A DNA stretch of 64,000 bases from an uncultured delta proteobacterium (GTDB taxonomy: Bacteria > Desulfobacterota > Desulfomonilia > Desulfomonilales > Desulfomonilaceae). The DNA lies in NCBI GenBank assembly GCA_963789265.1, contig CAWBKB010000001.1:1-64000 (forward strand), given 5' to 3'. A model generated the notes under the pieces. It was given only the letters and a program-made list of their open reading frames with translations, was not told where the DNA came from and made no database searches. The position numbers and the translations under genes were made by a program. The first letter of the stretch is position 1. Each line of letters starts with the position of its first letter. Shown here in pieces: positions 50,716 through 61,360 of this stretch.

Positions 50716-52797
50716 ATGAAGTACGTGGTCGGAGTAGACATAGGAGGAACATTCACTGATTTGGTCTGCGTCGATGAGGCCGGAGAGATTGCCATCGTAA
50801 AGACTCCCTCAACACCTGACGACCCATCCATTGCGGTCTTGAATGCTCTTCAAAGGGCAGCTGCTGAACTGGGACTCGAGTACAGTTCATTCCTTACCAA
50901 CATTACGCGCATATGTCATGGAACCACCGTGAGTACCAATACGGTGCTCACCTGGACTGGTGCAAAGGTCGGCTTTCTCACCACAAAGGGATTCAGGGAT
51001 ATCTTGGGGATGCGCTTTGGCATTAGAGAAACTCCCTATGACTACACGGTACCTAAGCCCAGATCGCTATCCCGAAGGTACCTGCGCGTCCCGGTTGAGG
51101 AGCGGATTAAATGGAATGGGGAGGTCATGGTCCCCCTCAACGAAGATGAGGTCAGAAAAGCGTGCAAGTACCTCAAAGAGCAAGGAGTTCAGGCGGTGGT
51201 CGTGGGATTTCTCTGGTCATTCAAGAATAATGCCCACGAGAACAGAGCCGTAGAGATATGTCGCGAAGAGCTTCCCGATGTATATGTTTGCTCGTCATGT
51301 GACATTCAGCCAGAGATTCGAGAATACTGGCGCTTCAGCACCGCGGTGCTCAGCGCCTATGTAGGACCGAATCTTTCGGGGTATATACATAATCTGGTGG
51401 AATCTCTTGATGGGGCCGGCTTCAAGGGAGAACTCCTCATCACGCAATCGAATGCCGGCGTCATTTCTCCGGAGCTTGCGGTTGAGCAGGCCGTCCGCAC
51501 AATCCTTTCTGGTCCAGCCTGTGGTCCGGCCGCCGCCGCCTATCTAGCTTCGCCCCTAAACATGAAGGATCTGATAACCGTAGACATGGGCGGCACGAGC
51601 TTCGACGTGTGTCTCATCAAAGACGGCCAGCCGGCCACAACCTTGGAGACAGCCGTTGCAGGTGTATACCACATGAGGCTCCCTATGATCGACGTTCATA
51701 CCATTGGAGCCGGCGGAGGCAGCATAGCATGGTTGGACAAAATGAATGTACTGCACGTCGGCCCTCAAAGCGCTGGCTCGGTCCCCGGTCCCGCATGCTA
51801 CGGCCGTGGGGGTACCGAACCGACGAGCACGGACGCGGACTTGATTCTGGGCTATCTTAACCCAGCGTTCTTTAATGGCGGAGAGATGGTTCTCGACGTT
51901 AGCTTGGCTGAAAGGGCTATCAAGGAAAAAATCGCAGATCCATTGGGGATAAACACAGTAGACGCGGCCAGAGCCATAAGAAAAATAGTTGATCACAACA
52001 TGTCGGACGCAATATCTACGGTTTCCGTGGAGAGGGGAGAGGATCCTAGAAAATTTACGCTCGTCGCGGCCGGTGGCGCAGGTCCGGTCCACGTGACGGA
52101 TCTGGCCAAGGACCTTGGTATTAAACAAATCCTCATCTCCAGAAGTTCTTCGATATTCTGTGCGATGGGGAGCATCATTGCAGATCTCAGGCACGATTTT
52201 GTCACCTCTGTGGTCACCAAGGCGAATGCCGCGGATCTTGATGCCATTAACGTAGCATACCTGGACATGCGGGCCATGGGAGACCGTTACCTTTCTCGCG
52301 AGGGCATTGCCGAGACGGATAGATATTACGAAAAATCGGTTGATATGAGATACAAGGGCCAATTCCATGAGGTTGAGCTTCCTTTACCCAAGGGTCCCCT
52401 CAGCGACGCCATGAGAGAATACATGGTAAACGGATTTCACAAGAAGCATGAGGATCTCTATGGGTACAGAGATGAGGTGGAGACGGAGGTCATCAACCTC
52501 CGTAGATCCTGTTACGGCAAGGTCGTAGTCCCCGAGAGAAAGGCTATGCCCTGGTCATCTCCGGATGCAAAGAAATTCATCAAAGGGAAAAGAGATGTTT
52601 ATTTTGAAGAAGAATTCGGTTTTGTTCCAACAAACATATTCGATGGGGATCGGATGCAGCCTGGAAACATTGTCGAAGGGCCTGCCATAGTTGAACAGAA
52701 AGCTACCACAGTGGTAGTTCCCCCGAAGGCCAGACTCGAGGTCACTACCTATGGCGATTATTTGCTGAGGTTGGGAGCCGCGGGCTATTCCCTTTGA
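50716..52797 (+). CDS. Hydantoinase/oxoprolinase family subunit A (ATP-binding)
   Basis: GVDIGGTFTD, HGTTVSTN, SGPA, DMGGTSFD, IGAGGGS, GPACYGRGG. Confidence 0.93.
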   Translation: MKYVVGVDIGGTFTDLVCVDEAGEIAIVKTPSTPDDPSIAVLNALQRAAAELGLEYSSFLTNITRICHGTTVSTNTVLTWTGAKVGFLTTKGFRDILGMRFGIRETPYDYTVPKPRSLSRRYLRVPVEERIKWNGEVMVPLNEDEVRKACKYLKEQGVQAVVVGFLWSFKNNAHENRAVEICREELPDVYVCSSCDIQPEIREYWRFSTAVLSAYVGPNLSGYIHNLVESLDGAGFKGELLITQSNAGVISPELAVEQAVRTILSGPACGPAAAAYLASPLNMKDLITVDMGGTSFDVCLIKDGQPATTLETAVAGVYHMRLPMIDVHTIGAGGGSIAWLDKMNVLHVGPQSAGSVPGPACYGRGGTEPTSTDADLILGYLNPAFFNGGEMVLDVSLAERAIKEKIADPLGINTVDAARAIRKIVDHNMSDAISTVSVERGEDPRKFTLVAAGGAGPVHVTDLAKDLGIKQILISRSSSIFCAMGSIIADLRHDFVTSVVTKANAADLDAINVAYLDMRAMGDRYLSREGIAETDRYYEKSVDMRYKGQFHEVELPLPKGPLSDAMREYMVNGFHKKHEDLYGYRDEVETEVINLRRSCYGKVVVPERKAMPWSSPDAKKFIKGKRDVYFEEEFGFVPTNIFDGDRMQPGNIVEGPAIVEQKATTVVVPPKARLEVTTYGDYLLRLGAAGYSL

Positions 52798-52811
52798 TAC
52801 GGAGGAAAACA

Positions 52812-54596
52812 ATGACCCAGTCAGAAAAGTTCAGGCTAAAGAGTGATGCTGCGGATTTCTCAATCCTTACCTCGGCGATGTTCACCGTTGCCCGAGAAAT
52901 GGGCAAGAACATGGAACGCACGGCCCGAGCCCCTATCTATTTCGCCGCTCACGATTTTGTTACCACCATAATCACCCGGGATGCAGAGCTTCTCGCGCTT
53001 GCGGAATACATCCCTGTACTGATCGGGACTACACCTTTCGCAGTGAAGGCGGTCAAGGAGTATTTCGGCGAAGAGATTTACCAAGGGGACGTTTTTCTGT
53101 GCAATGATCCCTACACCCTTGATGGGGGGGGCCAATTGGCCGATTGGTGCATAGTGTATCCCGTATTTTGGAACAATAACCAGATACTCTGGATTGCGAA
53201 CAAAGCTCATCAACAAGATACCGGCGGTGGGGCGCCTGGCGGTTACAATCCGGCAGCCATCGATGTCTATGCTGAAGGCCTTCGGATTCCTCCGATAAAG
53301 ATTTTTGAAAAAGGAAAAGAGAGGAAGGACGTCTTCAATCTCATCATGACCAATGTCCGAATTCCTGAAACCCAGAGAGGTGATCTTTTATCCATGATCG
53401 GCTCTGCGAGAATAGGGGAAAGACGCATTGGGGCACTGTATGATACGTACGGTGAGAAGAAGATTGAGACGTTCATGGTTGATCTTCAGAACTACGGGGA
53501 ATTTATGATGAGAGAGGAGATCAGCAAAATCCCGGATGGCACTTATCGTAGCGAAATTAGTGGCAATGATGGGGCGTCTGCTGTGGTCTGCGACATGACC
53601 GTCCGTGGAAGCGACATCTCAGTGGACTTCAGTGAAAGTGGACCGATGTCCAGGCAATACATCAATAGTCCGCTCGCGAACACGGTGAGCTGTGTATACA
53701 TGGCGCTCATGACTTCTATCGGGAAGCGGATTCAATACCGTTGCGGCGGCTGTTACCGTCCCATAAAAATCGTCACCAAGCCGGGAACCATCACTCACGC
53801 AGTCTATCCGGTCACTCAGGGCAACTGTACCAACTTCATAGCCAAGCAAATCATTGAAGCATTTTGGAGTGCGGTCAGCCAGGCTGTGCCAACAGAGGCT
53901 CCTGCCGGGTGGGGGTCCATCAATTACTGGGTGTTTGCGGGCCTGGATCCGAGGCGTATGGAAGGATACGGGAGCCCGGATTTTCAGGGTTGCGCGAGCG
54001 GTGCGGGCGCAATCTGGGGCGTGGACGGATGGCCTACCAACGGCCCACAAATCTGCAGTGGAACCCTCTACTATCCAGAAATAGAAGTGGTTGAAGGTCT
54101 TTATCCGATAATCTGGGAAAAATGGCAATGGGCCACGGACTCCGGAGGGGCGGGCAAATGGCGCGGCGGATGTGGAGTAGACAACGTCTGGGTTTGTGAT
54201 TCGGATCCCGAACCCATGCATCTGGCTTATGCGGCGGACCCTTGTGACTACATCCCGGCCCCGGCGATCGCTGGAGGAAAACTTCCTGTTGCCAACTCTA
54301 AGAGTCTCGTTCTTGCCGGCGGAAAGGTGGAAACACCCGAAGAGGTCCGGATGAAAATGATTTACATGCTGCACACTGGCGACAAAGCGATCGATCTGGT
54401 TCAAGGAGGAGCCGGTGTCGGCGACCCTCTGGAGCGGGATGTTGAAGCAGTGAGAGAGGATGTCCGAGACCAGTTGGTTTCCCTGCAAAGCGCCAAAGAA
54501 GAATACGGCGTGATTATTGATCCGGCAACATGGGAGATCGACCCGGCGGCTACCGAAAAGCTGAGGAAAGAACTCATCGCTTTGCAGCAATCATGA
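52812..54596 (+). CDS. Hydantoinase B/oxoprolinase family subunit
   Basis: NDPY, KAHQQDTGG, EGLRIPP, DSGGAGKWRGG, GGAGVGDPLER. Confidence 0.92.
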   Translation: MTQSEKFRLKSDAADFSILTSAMFTVAREMGKNMERTARAPIYFAAHDFVTTIITRDAELLALAEYIPVLIGTTPFAVKAVKEYFGEEIYQGDVFLCNDPYTLDGGGQLADWCIVYPVFWNNNQILWIANKAHQQDTGGGAPGGYNPAAIDVYAEGLRIPPIKIFEKGKERKDVFNLIMTNVRIPETQRGDLLSMIGSARIGERRIGALYDTYGEKKIETFMVDLQNYGEFMMREEISKIPDGTYRSEISGNDGASAVVCDMTVRGSDISVDFSESGPMSRQYINSPLANTVSCVYMALMTSIGKRIQYRCGGCYRPIKIVTKPGTITHAVYPVTQGNCTNFIAKQIIEAFWSAVSQAVPTEAPAGWGSINYWVFAGLDPRRMEGYGSPDFQGCASGAGAIWGVDGWPTNGPQICSGTLYYPEIEVVEGLYPIIWEKWQWATDSGGAGKWRGGCGVDNVWVCDSDPEPMHLAYAADPCDYIPAPAIAGGKLPVANSKSLVLAGGKVETPEEVRMKMIYMLHTGDKAIDLVQGGAGVGDPLERDVEAVREDVRDQLVSLQSAKEEYGVIIDPATWEIDPAATEKLRKELIALQQS

Positions 54597-54736
54597 CCCT
54601 GACTCGAGCCGAGATTGGCCATGGCCTGCCTCCGGCCATGGCCGCATGGTTGGCGGACTTACGAGGCCACATGGTTGCAATTGGCCAAAGCACCTCTTGG
54701 CGCAGCGAAGGTGCCAACAACTGACAGGGGAGCATC

Positions 54737-56341
54737 ATGGTAGTTGGTGATGAATTGCGCAGGAGCTTTGAGAATCACCCCGACAAGCTTGCCATAAAGG
54801 ATATGTATGGTAAGCACTTTCCTGAGGGTTTCAATTTCACTTATCGGGAACTTTTTGAATCGGTCAATCGCCTCGCCAATGGCTTTCTTGCTATAGGCCT
54901 ATCAAAGGGGGACAGACTTGCTGTTCAGACTGGAACTGGAATTGGTCACATAGTTACTTTGCTTGCTGCCGCCAAGTTGGGACTAGCCTTCACACCCATC
55001 GACCGGTCCAACATGGCTGATGAAATCACGTATCTTGTCCAAGATAGTGGTGCCAGAGCGCTTGTGGTTGATGCCGACATATACTCAGCAAAAATTGCTC
55101 CCATCAAACAGAGACTGAATTCAGTTCAATTTTATGTTGGCATAGGGGAAGACCATCCATGTCAATTCGACTTTGACACACTTTTGAAAGAAGCGCCTGC
55201 CGATGAGCCGCAAGTGGAAGTCAACGAGGACGACATAGTAACCCTTATTTATACCAGCGGGACGACAGGAAAACCCAAGGGCGTACCCCTGACTCACCGG
55301 AACTGGACATTAAGTGCCTACATGTGGGCAGCCGAACTGGGAGTCCACCCCTATACCAAATGGCTTCTTGTAATGCCGCTGCACACCTCCGGTGGCACTG
55401 GTCTGAGCCTAGCCTCTGCCATCCGAGGGTGTTCCCTTATAGTAACCAATCCAGATCCCAAGAAGATTCTGCATTTGATCGAGAAAGAAGGAATCACATT
55501 TACACAGTTTAGCCCCACCCTGCTTGCCAATGTGATAAGGCATCCCGATGCCAAGAACTGTGATTTCTCAAGCATAGAACACTGGTTCACCTCAGCCGCG
55601 CCCATCTCAGCCGAACTGTTGAAGGAAGGGGCCCAATGCTTCGGAGAAAAGTTCACTCAGCTTTTTGGTACCACCGAAACAGCTCTGTTGGGTACGGTTC
55701 TGCGTCCAGAGGACGTGTCGGTTGAGGGTACGCTCTCCAAGAGGCTTACTTCCATCGGGAAGGCCTGTTTGGGCTACAAGACTAAAGTTATAGACATTGA
55801 TGGCAACGAGGTTGTAGCGGGCGGTTCGGGGGAATTGCTCATTAAAGGCGTGGGAGTGGCGAATTCGTACTGGAAAAAACCCGAGGCGGACGATTTCAAA
55901 GATGGATGGTGGCATTCCGGGGATATTGTAAGGATCGATGAGGACGGATTCTACTACGTAATTGACCGAATGAAAGACATGATCCTCACTGGCGGTATGA
56001 ACGTATATCCTAGGGAAATTGAGGAGGTCATAGCAGACCATCCTGCTGTCCACCTTGTCAGTGTAGTCGGGGTTCCGGATGACAAGTGGGGCGAAAGCGT
56101 GAAGGCTGTCGTCGTCCTTAAAGAAGGAGCCGAAATAACCGAAGAAGAGATCATTGAACATTGCAAGGCACGACTGGCTTCCTACAAGAAACCCAAGTCC
56201 GTAGATTTTATAAATATTGCCGAAATGCCAATGTTGGGCGGAGGATACAAGATAAAAAAAAGAGAGCTGAGAGAAAGGTACCGCAAAGAGTATGAGAAGG
56301 CCAAGGGAGCAAACATCGAAAGCTGGGGAGCAGCCTCGTGA
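54737..56341 (+). CDS. Acyl-CoA synthetase (AMP-binding)
   Basis: IYTSGTTGKPKG, FGTTE, HSGD, DRMKDMILTGGMNVYP. Confidence 0.93.
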   Translation: MVVGDELRRSFENHPDKLAIKDMYGKHFPEGFNFTYRELFESVNRLANGFLAIGLSKGDRLAVQTGTGIGHIVTLLAAAKLGLAFTPIDRSNMADEITYLVQDSGARALVVDADIYSAKIAPIKQRLNSVQFYVGIGEDHPCQFDFDTLLKEAPADEPQVEVNEDDIVTLIYTSGTTGKPKGVPLTHRNWTLSAYMWAAELGVHPYTKWLLVMPLHTSGGTGLSLASAIRGCSLIVTNPDPKKILHLIEKEGITFTQFSPTLLANVIRHPDAKNCDFSSIEHWFTSAAPISAELLKEGAQCFGEKFTQLFGTTETALLGTVLRPEDVSVEGTLSKRLTSIGKACLGYKTKVIDIDGNEVVAGGSGELLIKGVGVANSYWKKPEADDFKDGWWHSGDIVRIDEDGFYYVIDRMKDMILTGGMNVYPREIEEVIADHPAVHLVSVVGVPDDKWGESVKAVVVLKEGAEITEEEIIEHCKARLASYKKPKSVDFINIAEMPMLGGGYKIKKRELRERYRKEYEKAKGANIESWGAAS

Positions 56342-56426
56342 AGTGGGGCCGCGTGACGAGCCTGTGACTATGGTATACGCAGACTCTCGGACACGATCCG
56401 TGGCTCTCACAGACTAGGAGCCTGCA

Positions 56427-57572
56427 ATGAATTTTGAATTTACCGAAGAGCAACGAGAATTCCGAAGGAACATAGCACGCTACGTGGATGAAAAAGTCAT
56501 ACCTGTTGCGGAGTCTCTCGATGACACTGAGGAATTTCCGCGTGATATCGTCAAGCAGTTGGGGCAACTGGGATACCTTGGGATCAAATATCCTGAAGAG
56601 TATGGCGGCAGCGGCTTGAAAGACTCTAATGTATTTCATTGCATCTTCTGTGAGGAGTTAGCCCGCGGATCCTTGGGTGTTGCTTCGGTCCTTGGCATGC
56701 ATACATCCACCGCAACCCATACAGTCTTCACATGGGGAACTGAGGAACTGAAACAAAAGTACCTGGTACCCGCCCTGTCAGGAGACAAAATTGCTGCGTT
56801 TGGGCTCACTGAACCCGGTGCCGGTTCTGATGCGGCGGCAATCAGGACAAGGGCTGTGAAAACCTCCAACGGCTATGTGCTAAATGGGAGCAAGATTTTT
56901 ATCAGTAATGGGACCGTAGCCGATTTTGTTACCATTGCAGCAAAGACCGCACCTGAAAAAGGCGTACACGGGATCTCTCTTTTTCTGGTGGACACCAAAA
57001 CCTCGGGGTTTTCAGTTGGCCGCCGTCTGGAGAAATTCAGCAACAAGTGTTCGGATACTGCTGAACTTGTCCTGGAAGACGTTGAGCTTCCACATGATTG
57101 TCTTCTGGGCGAAGAAAACAAGGGTTTTACCAATATCTATGTCTCCTTGGCTATTGATCGGATTATGACGGCCGCTCTCGCGTTGGGCCTGTCCAGGGCG
57201 GCATACCAGGCGGCTTACAATTACTCCAAGGAGAGGGAGCAGTTCGGCCAGCCTATTTCCAAGTTTCAGGCAATTCAATTCCGTCTCGTGGACATGTTGG
57301 TGCGACTGAAATCTGCTGAACTGCACACCTACTATGCTGCTAGCGTGGCGGATCGGCACGACAATCCCACGGAGGCAGCGGCTATGGCCAAACTAGTGGC
57401 CACGGAAGCTGCAAACTACATTTGCAGAATGGCAGTGTCCGTCTTCGGGGGTTATGGGTTGATGAGTGAATTCCCTGTTCAACGCTATCTCAGAGATTCT
57501 TTCTTCCCTCTCGTCGCAGGGGGCACGAACGACATCATGAAGCTGATCGTGGCCAAGCAAATCGGGCTGTGA
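56427..57572 (+). CDS. Acyl-CoA dehydrogenase
   Basis: FGLTEPGAGSD, GSKIFISN, REQFGQPI, FGGYG. Confidence 0.93.
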   Translation: MNFEFTEEQREFRRNIARYVDEKVIPVAESLDDTEEFPRDIVKQLGQLGYLGIKYPEEYGGSGLKDSNVFHCIFCEELARGSLGVASVLGMHTSTATHTVFTWGTEELKQKYLVPALSGDKIAAFGLTEPGAGSDAAAIRTRAVKTSNGYVLNGSKIFISNGTVADFVTIAAKTAPEKGVHGISLFLVDTKTSGFSVGRRLEKFSNKCSDTAELVLEDVELPHDCLLGEENKGFTNIYVSLAIDRIMTAALALGLSRAAYQAAYNYSKEREQFGQPISKFQAIQFRLVDMLVRLKSAELHTYYAASVADRHDNPTEAAAMAKLVATEAANYICRMAVSVFGGYGLMSEFPVQRYLRDSFFPLVAGGTNDIMKLIVAKQIGL

Positions 57573-57986
57573 AAGACGCCCGGGGAGGAAGGCGCAGGGG
57601 CACGAAGTTTCTTGACCCACAGCTCATCGCGTGGCCGTATCCGATGAAACTTGTGGGCCGTGCCACTTAACAGCGCTAGCTCTGCGCGGTCTCCTTTGAG
57701 AACGGTGACACCTGGACTCACGTTTAAGACCCAGGGCGACGTGCCACGCGGGTGGCCGCCGCATAGCATTATCCAGAGACCGTTTTCGACCAATCGTATG
57801 ATACCAGCCCACAACGCAAGAATATTGGAAAGCCGGTTTCCGACCCAGTTCTCGACGGTTTTGAATCCGCAGCGTTTAGAGAAGTAGTTTATGAGACCGC
57901 ATAAATAGATCTCGCATAAATAGATCTCAGGAATAGGGAGTGATGTGTCAACAACACTGTCAACAACACAAGAAGGAGGTCGGAAA

Positions 57987-59393
57987 ATGGATGCGAAAGT
58001 CAGATTGGCGGAGGTCGCGGATTCTCTGACGGAAATTGGCTCAAGTGAAGAAAAGATGGAGGATTATGCTCTCAGAAGCGTTCCCGACCACTTCAGGAAC
58101 ACCAAGGCAGCCAACATGGCAATGTTCGGCATCCCCATGTGCATGTACTATCTTGCAGTGGGGAGCCTCAGCGTCGCCCTTGCCGGCTTTTGGATGGGCC
58201 TGCTCGCGTCGCTCTTAGCCTACATGGTGTTTTGTCTTTTCTCAATGAGCTTCGGCTACGTCTCTTGGAAAGGAGGGTACTCTTTCGACATGATTGCGCG
58301 GTTCAGTTGGGGAAAGACAGGCTCCTTCTTGCCATCCCTTTTGGGGACCTATCTTCTCATGTCCTTTTGGGCCATGGAAACCTACTGGCTGGCGACAGCA
58401 CTCAAAACAGTCTGGCCGGATCTGAGCCTGTGGTTCTACTTCCTCCTTCTGCTTCCCCTCTTCATAGTGGTTCCGCTGTACGGGCATCGGGCCATGGCCA
58501 ATTTCAACTATATCGCGGTACCTGTCGGGGTGGCCGCCACCGCCTATGTACTCATCTACTTCTATGGAATGAAAGACTTCACTGTCTCCGGGATCATGGC
58601 AATGACCCAAAAGCCCTTGATCCCCGGGGGCTTCGGGGCAGCCCTAGATTGGTCCCTTGCGGCCGTTGGGCTTTGGGGACTCACGGCGGGTGATTTCGGT
58701 CGGTTCATTCAAAAGGAGCATAAGCAGTGGGCCCTTGGGTTCGGACCGTTTCAGGGTGCATTTTGCCACATTGTGTTCCCGGTTCTAGGTATATTCATAG
58801 TCTTTCCCATGATCCAGATCCTTACTCCCCAAATCGGGGCCGAGAAGGCCGGGATGGCTGCCCTCAGCGCTTCCGTACCGTTCGTCATGGCAATGGGCCT
58901 GGTGGGAGCCCTGATGGTCATCACCTACCAGTTGCATATTCAGTTCATCAATGCCTATTTGCCTTCTGTGAATCTAGCCAACTTCTTCTCCGTAGTCTTC
59001 GGTGTGGAACCTGGGAGGAAATGGTGGGTGGTGATTGTCAATCTGGCCGGCCTTGGTCTTCTTGCGATGGGCATTATTGGATGGATCACCCAATGGGCCT
59101 GGGTCGCTGGTCTCACTTTGGGTACTGCTTGCGTGATATCGATTTCAGACATGGCATATCGCGCGTACAGAGGCATGGCAACAGAGTACGAGGAACTGCC
59201 GAGAAATATGCGGAAAGTGAATCCAATCGCCTTTATCGTCTTCTTCATCAGCGTTGGCGTAGGTATTCTGGATAAGCTTTGGTGGAAGTTTCTTCCGTCT
59301 CCATCGTTGATGGCGTACCCGATAGCGTTTGTCCTTTACTGGATCATTTCTGCCGCAGGCAGTGGCAGATTTCAGCAGGACGTCGCCCAGTAG
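57987..59393 (+). CDS. NCS1 / purine-cytosine permease family transporter
   Basis: EDYALRSVP N-terminal motif, ~12 TM helices, GDFGRF. Confidence 0.8.
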   Translation: MDAKVRLAEVADSLTEIGSSEEKMEDYALRSVPDHFRNTKAANMAMFGIPMCMYYLAVGSLSVALAGFWMGLLASLLAYMVFCLFSMSFGYVSWKGGYSFDMIARFSWGKTGSFLPSLLGTYLLMSFWAMETYWLATALKTVWPDLSLWFYFLLLLPLFIVVPLYGHRAMANFNYIAVPVGVAATAYVLIYFYGMKDFTVSGIMAMTQKPLIPGGFGAALDWSLAAVGLWGLTAGDFGRFIQKEHKQWALGFGPFQGAFCHIVFPVLGIFIVFPMIQILTPQIGAEKAGMAALSASVPFVMAMGLVGALMVITYQLHIQFINAYLPSVNLANFFSVVFGVEPGRKWWVVIVNLAGLGLLAMGIIGWITQWAWVAGLTLGTACVISISDMAYRAYRGMATEYEELPRNMRKVNPIAFIVFFISVGVGILDKLWWKFLPSPSLMAYPIAFVLYWIISAAGSGRFQQDVAQ

Positions 59394-59403
59394 GAGGACA
59401 TTC

Positions 59404-59491
59404 GTAAGCATTCACTTACGTGCGGTGAAAAATTGTCATTGCGAGTCAAATGACACGGGACAGAAAGTTGGCCACGTAAGTGAATGATTAC
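59404..59491. mobile_element. MITE-like element with 19-bp terminal inverted repeats
   Basis: GTAAGCATTCACTTACGTG ... CACGTAAGTGAATGATTAC (18/19 match). Confidence 0.55.
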
Positions 59492-59553
59492 AGCTAACCT
59501 GATTATATACTTGACGAGCTGTGAAGTTTAAAATCCGATTCGGAGAGTCACAC

Positions 59554-60576
59554 ATGCGTTTGCCTTCTTTCGCCTACCATGCGCCGCACAGCCTGGATCA
59601 AGCATTGAAAATCAAGGGGGAACTTGGCACGCAGGCCGCGTTTCTTGCCGGCGGTACCGATCTTATAGTGAATCTTAAACATCGGCTTTCTTCCCCCTCA
59701 GCCCTCGTCAGTTTACGGAATATCAAAGAGATCAAAGGGATCGAAGTCAAACCCGATGCCGTGATCGTAAAGGCGGCAACCTCCCTGATAGAGATAAAAA
59801 GCAATGAGGCTGTTCGCACTCACTTCCCTATCCTCGTGAAGGCCGTAGAATCCATAGGTGCGCTGGGGATCCAGGGTTTTCGAGGCACGATAGGGGGAAA
59901 TCTTTGTCTGCAACCTCGCTGTATCCTCTATAACCAGTCGCTCTTCTGGCGGACCGGCAAAACAAAATGCCACCGAACAGGAGGCAAAGAGTGTCTTGCC
60001 CTTCAGGGCTCCGAATCGTGCAACTCCATCTGCTCGGGCGACACTGTCCCGGTGCTGGCGGCCTTGTCCGCGCAACTTTCTATCGCAGGGAGCGGCGGCC
60101 AAAGGACGGACCCGGTGGCGGATTTCTTCACGAACAAGGGAGAAAGTCCTTTTAATCTTGCTCCGGATGAGATTGTAACCGCGATACGAATACCCATCCC
60201 GTGGGCGCCGATGTCCTGGTCCTATCAGCGTCTTAGTCTCAGGTCCGCAGTTGATTTTCCTCTCGTCAACGCGGCCGCAGCGGCGATAATTGACAAGGGA
60301 AGAGTTGAAAGCTTCCGGCTAGTACTTTCCGCTCTAGGCCCGGGACCTCTGGTACTCAAAGAAGCTGAAGCCATTGTGAGAGGGAGAAAACCGGATAACG
60401 CAATGGTCCATGAAGCAGGCGAGATCGCTCGGCGAACCGCAGAAGGCGTGGTTGTTGAGAATGCTGTAACTTCCAAAGCCTACAGAGTCAAGATGGCCGC
60501 GGTTATGGCTAGGCGGGCCGTAGAAGAGGCGCTAGCTCTTGGTTCATCTCAGTCCGCGGTAATTGAGGGTCAATAA
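59554..60576 (+). CDS. Xanthine dehydrogenase family FAD subunit with 4Fe-4S insertion (HcrB-like)
   Basis: LAGGTDL, GTIGGNLC..RC..YNQSLFWR....CHRTGG..C......C. Confidence 0.88.
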   Translation: MRLPSFAYHAPHSLDQALKIKGELGTQAAFLAGGTDLIVNLKHRLSSPSALVSLRNIKEIKGIEVKPDAVIVKAATSLIEIKSNEAVRTHFPILVKAVESIGALGIQGFRGTIGGNLCLQPRCILYNQSLFWRTGKTKCHRTGGKECLALQGSESCNSICSGDTVPVLAALSAQLSIAGSGGQRTDPVADFFTNKGESPFNLAPDEIVTAIRIPIPWAPMSWSYQRLSLRSAVDFPLVNAAAAAIIDKGRVESFRLVLSALGPGPLVLKEAEAIVRGRKPDNAMVHEAGEIARRTAEGVVVENAVTSKAYRVKMAAVMARRAVEEALALGSSQSAVIEGQ

Positions 60577-61067
60577 TGAAGAAACAGCTCGTTACTATGA
60601 CCGTCAACGGCAATGAAATCGAGATTGCCGTGACCCCCAACAGCACGCTGCTGGAAGTTCTTCGCGACGAGCTTGGCTTCACGGGCGTCAAGGAAGGTTG
60701 TTCCGAAGGCGTGTGCGGAGCGTGTACCGTTCTCCTGGACGGAGCGCCGGTAAGGTCGTGCCTCACACTGGCCCTTGAAGCCGAAGGCACGTCCATCACC
60801 ACTATTGAGGGACTCGCTTCTGATGGGAGGCTCCACCCTGTTCAGCAGGCATTCATAGATCACGGGGCTGTCCAGTGCGGATTCTGCACTCCGGGTATGA
60901 TACTCTCGTCCAAAGCGTTGCTGGATAGGAGCCCTCATCCCACGGATGAAGAGATCAAGACTGCTCTGGCCGGCAATTTTTGCCGATGCACGGGGTACAA
61001 AAAGACTCTTGAGGCAGTTCGGTCCGTGGCGAGACAAAATACCACAGAGACGGGCGAGAAAGGTTAA
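60576..61067 (+). CDS. Xanthine dehydrogenase family 2x[2Fe-2S] subunit
   Basis: GCSEGVCGACTV, QCGFCTPG, GNFCRCTGY. Confidence 0.95.
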   Translation: MKKQLVTMTVNGNEIEIAVTPNSTLLEVLRDELGFTGVKEGCSEGVCGACTVLLDGAPVRSCLTLALEAEGTSITTIEGLASDGRLHPVQQAFIDHGAVQCGFCTPGMILSSKALLDRSPHPTDEEIKTALAGNFCRCTGYKKTLEAVRSVARQNTTETGEKG

Positions 61068-61081
61068 CCAACACAGCGTCA

Positions 61082-61265
61082 GTAGGACCGGCATCTTGCC
61101 GGTCAAGAGGTTTAAAACAATTGACCGGCAAGATGCCGGTCCTTCTGACACTATGGGGCGCCCTTGGGCATATTGCCCGTCGTCATGCCCGCGAACGCGG
61201 GCATTCAGACTGGACCCCGGATCGAAGTCCGGGGTGACGAATGACCGGCAAGATGCCGGTCCTAC
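61082..61265. repeat. Composite REP-like cluster
   Basis: GTAGGACCGGCATCTTGCCGGTCA (61082-61105) with inverted copies at 61122-61143 and 61242-61265; a second hairpin pair GTCATGCCCGCG..CGCGGGCAT / CTGGACCCCGGA..TCCGGGGTGAC at 61182-61238. Confidence 0.85.
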
Positions 61266-61360
61266 TGTGGCAATGGAGCCACGTCGATCACCAGGAAAAT
61301 GCCGCCGAGTTTGAAAAGTGAATTACTTGGTCCCATCTGAACCAGTCGGAGGCGAAGACA

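Noticed and set aside
54610..54700. Repeated GGCCATGG palindromes after the hydantoinase B gene
   Set aside because: Short GC-rich hairpin material without a regular period; at most an intercistronic stem-loop.
51556..56410. Long antisense ORFs (51556-52368, 53619-54590, 55607-56410)
   Set aside because: Shadow ORFs opposite well-supported enzymes, with no motifs of their own.
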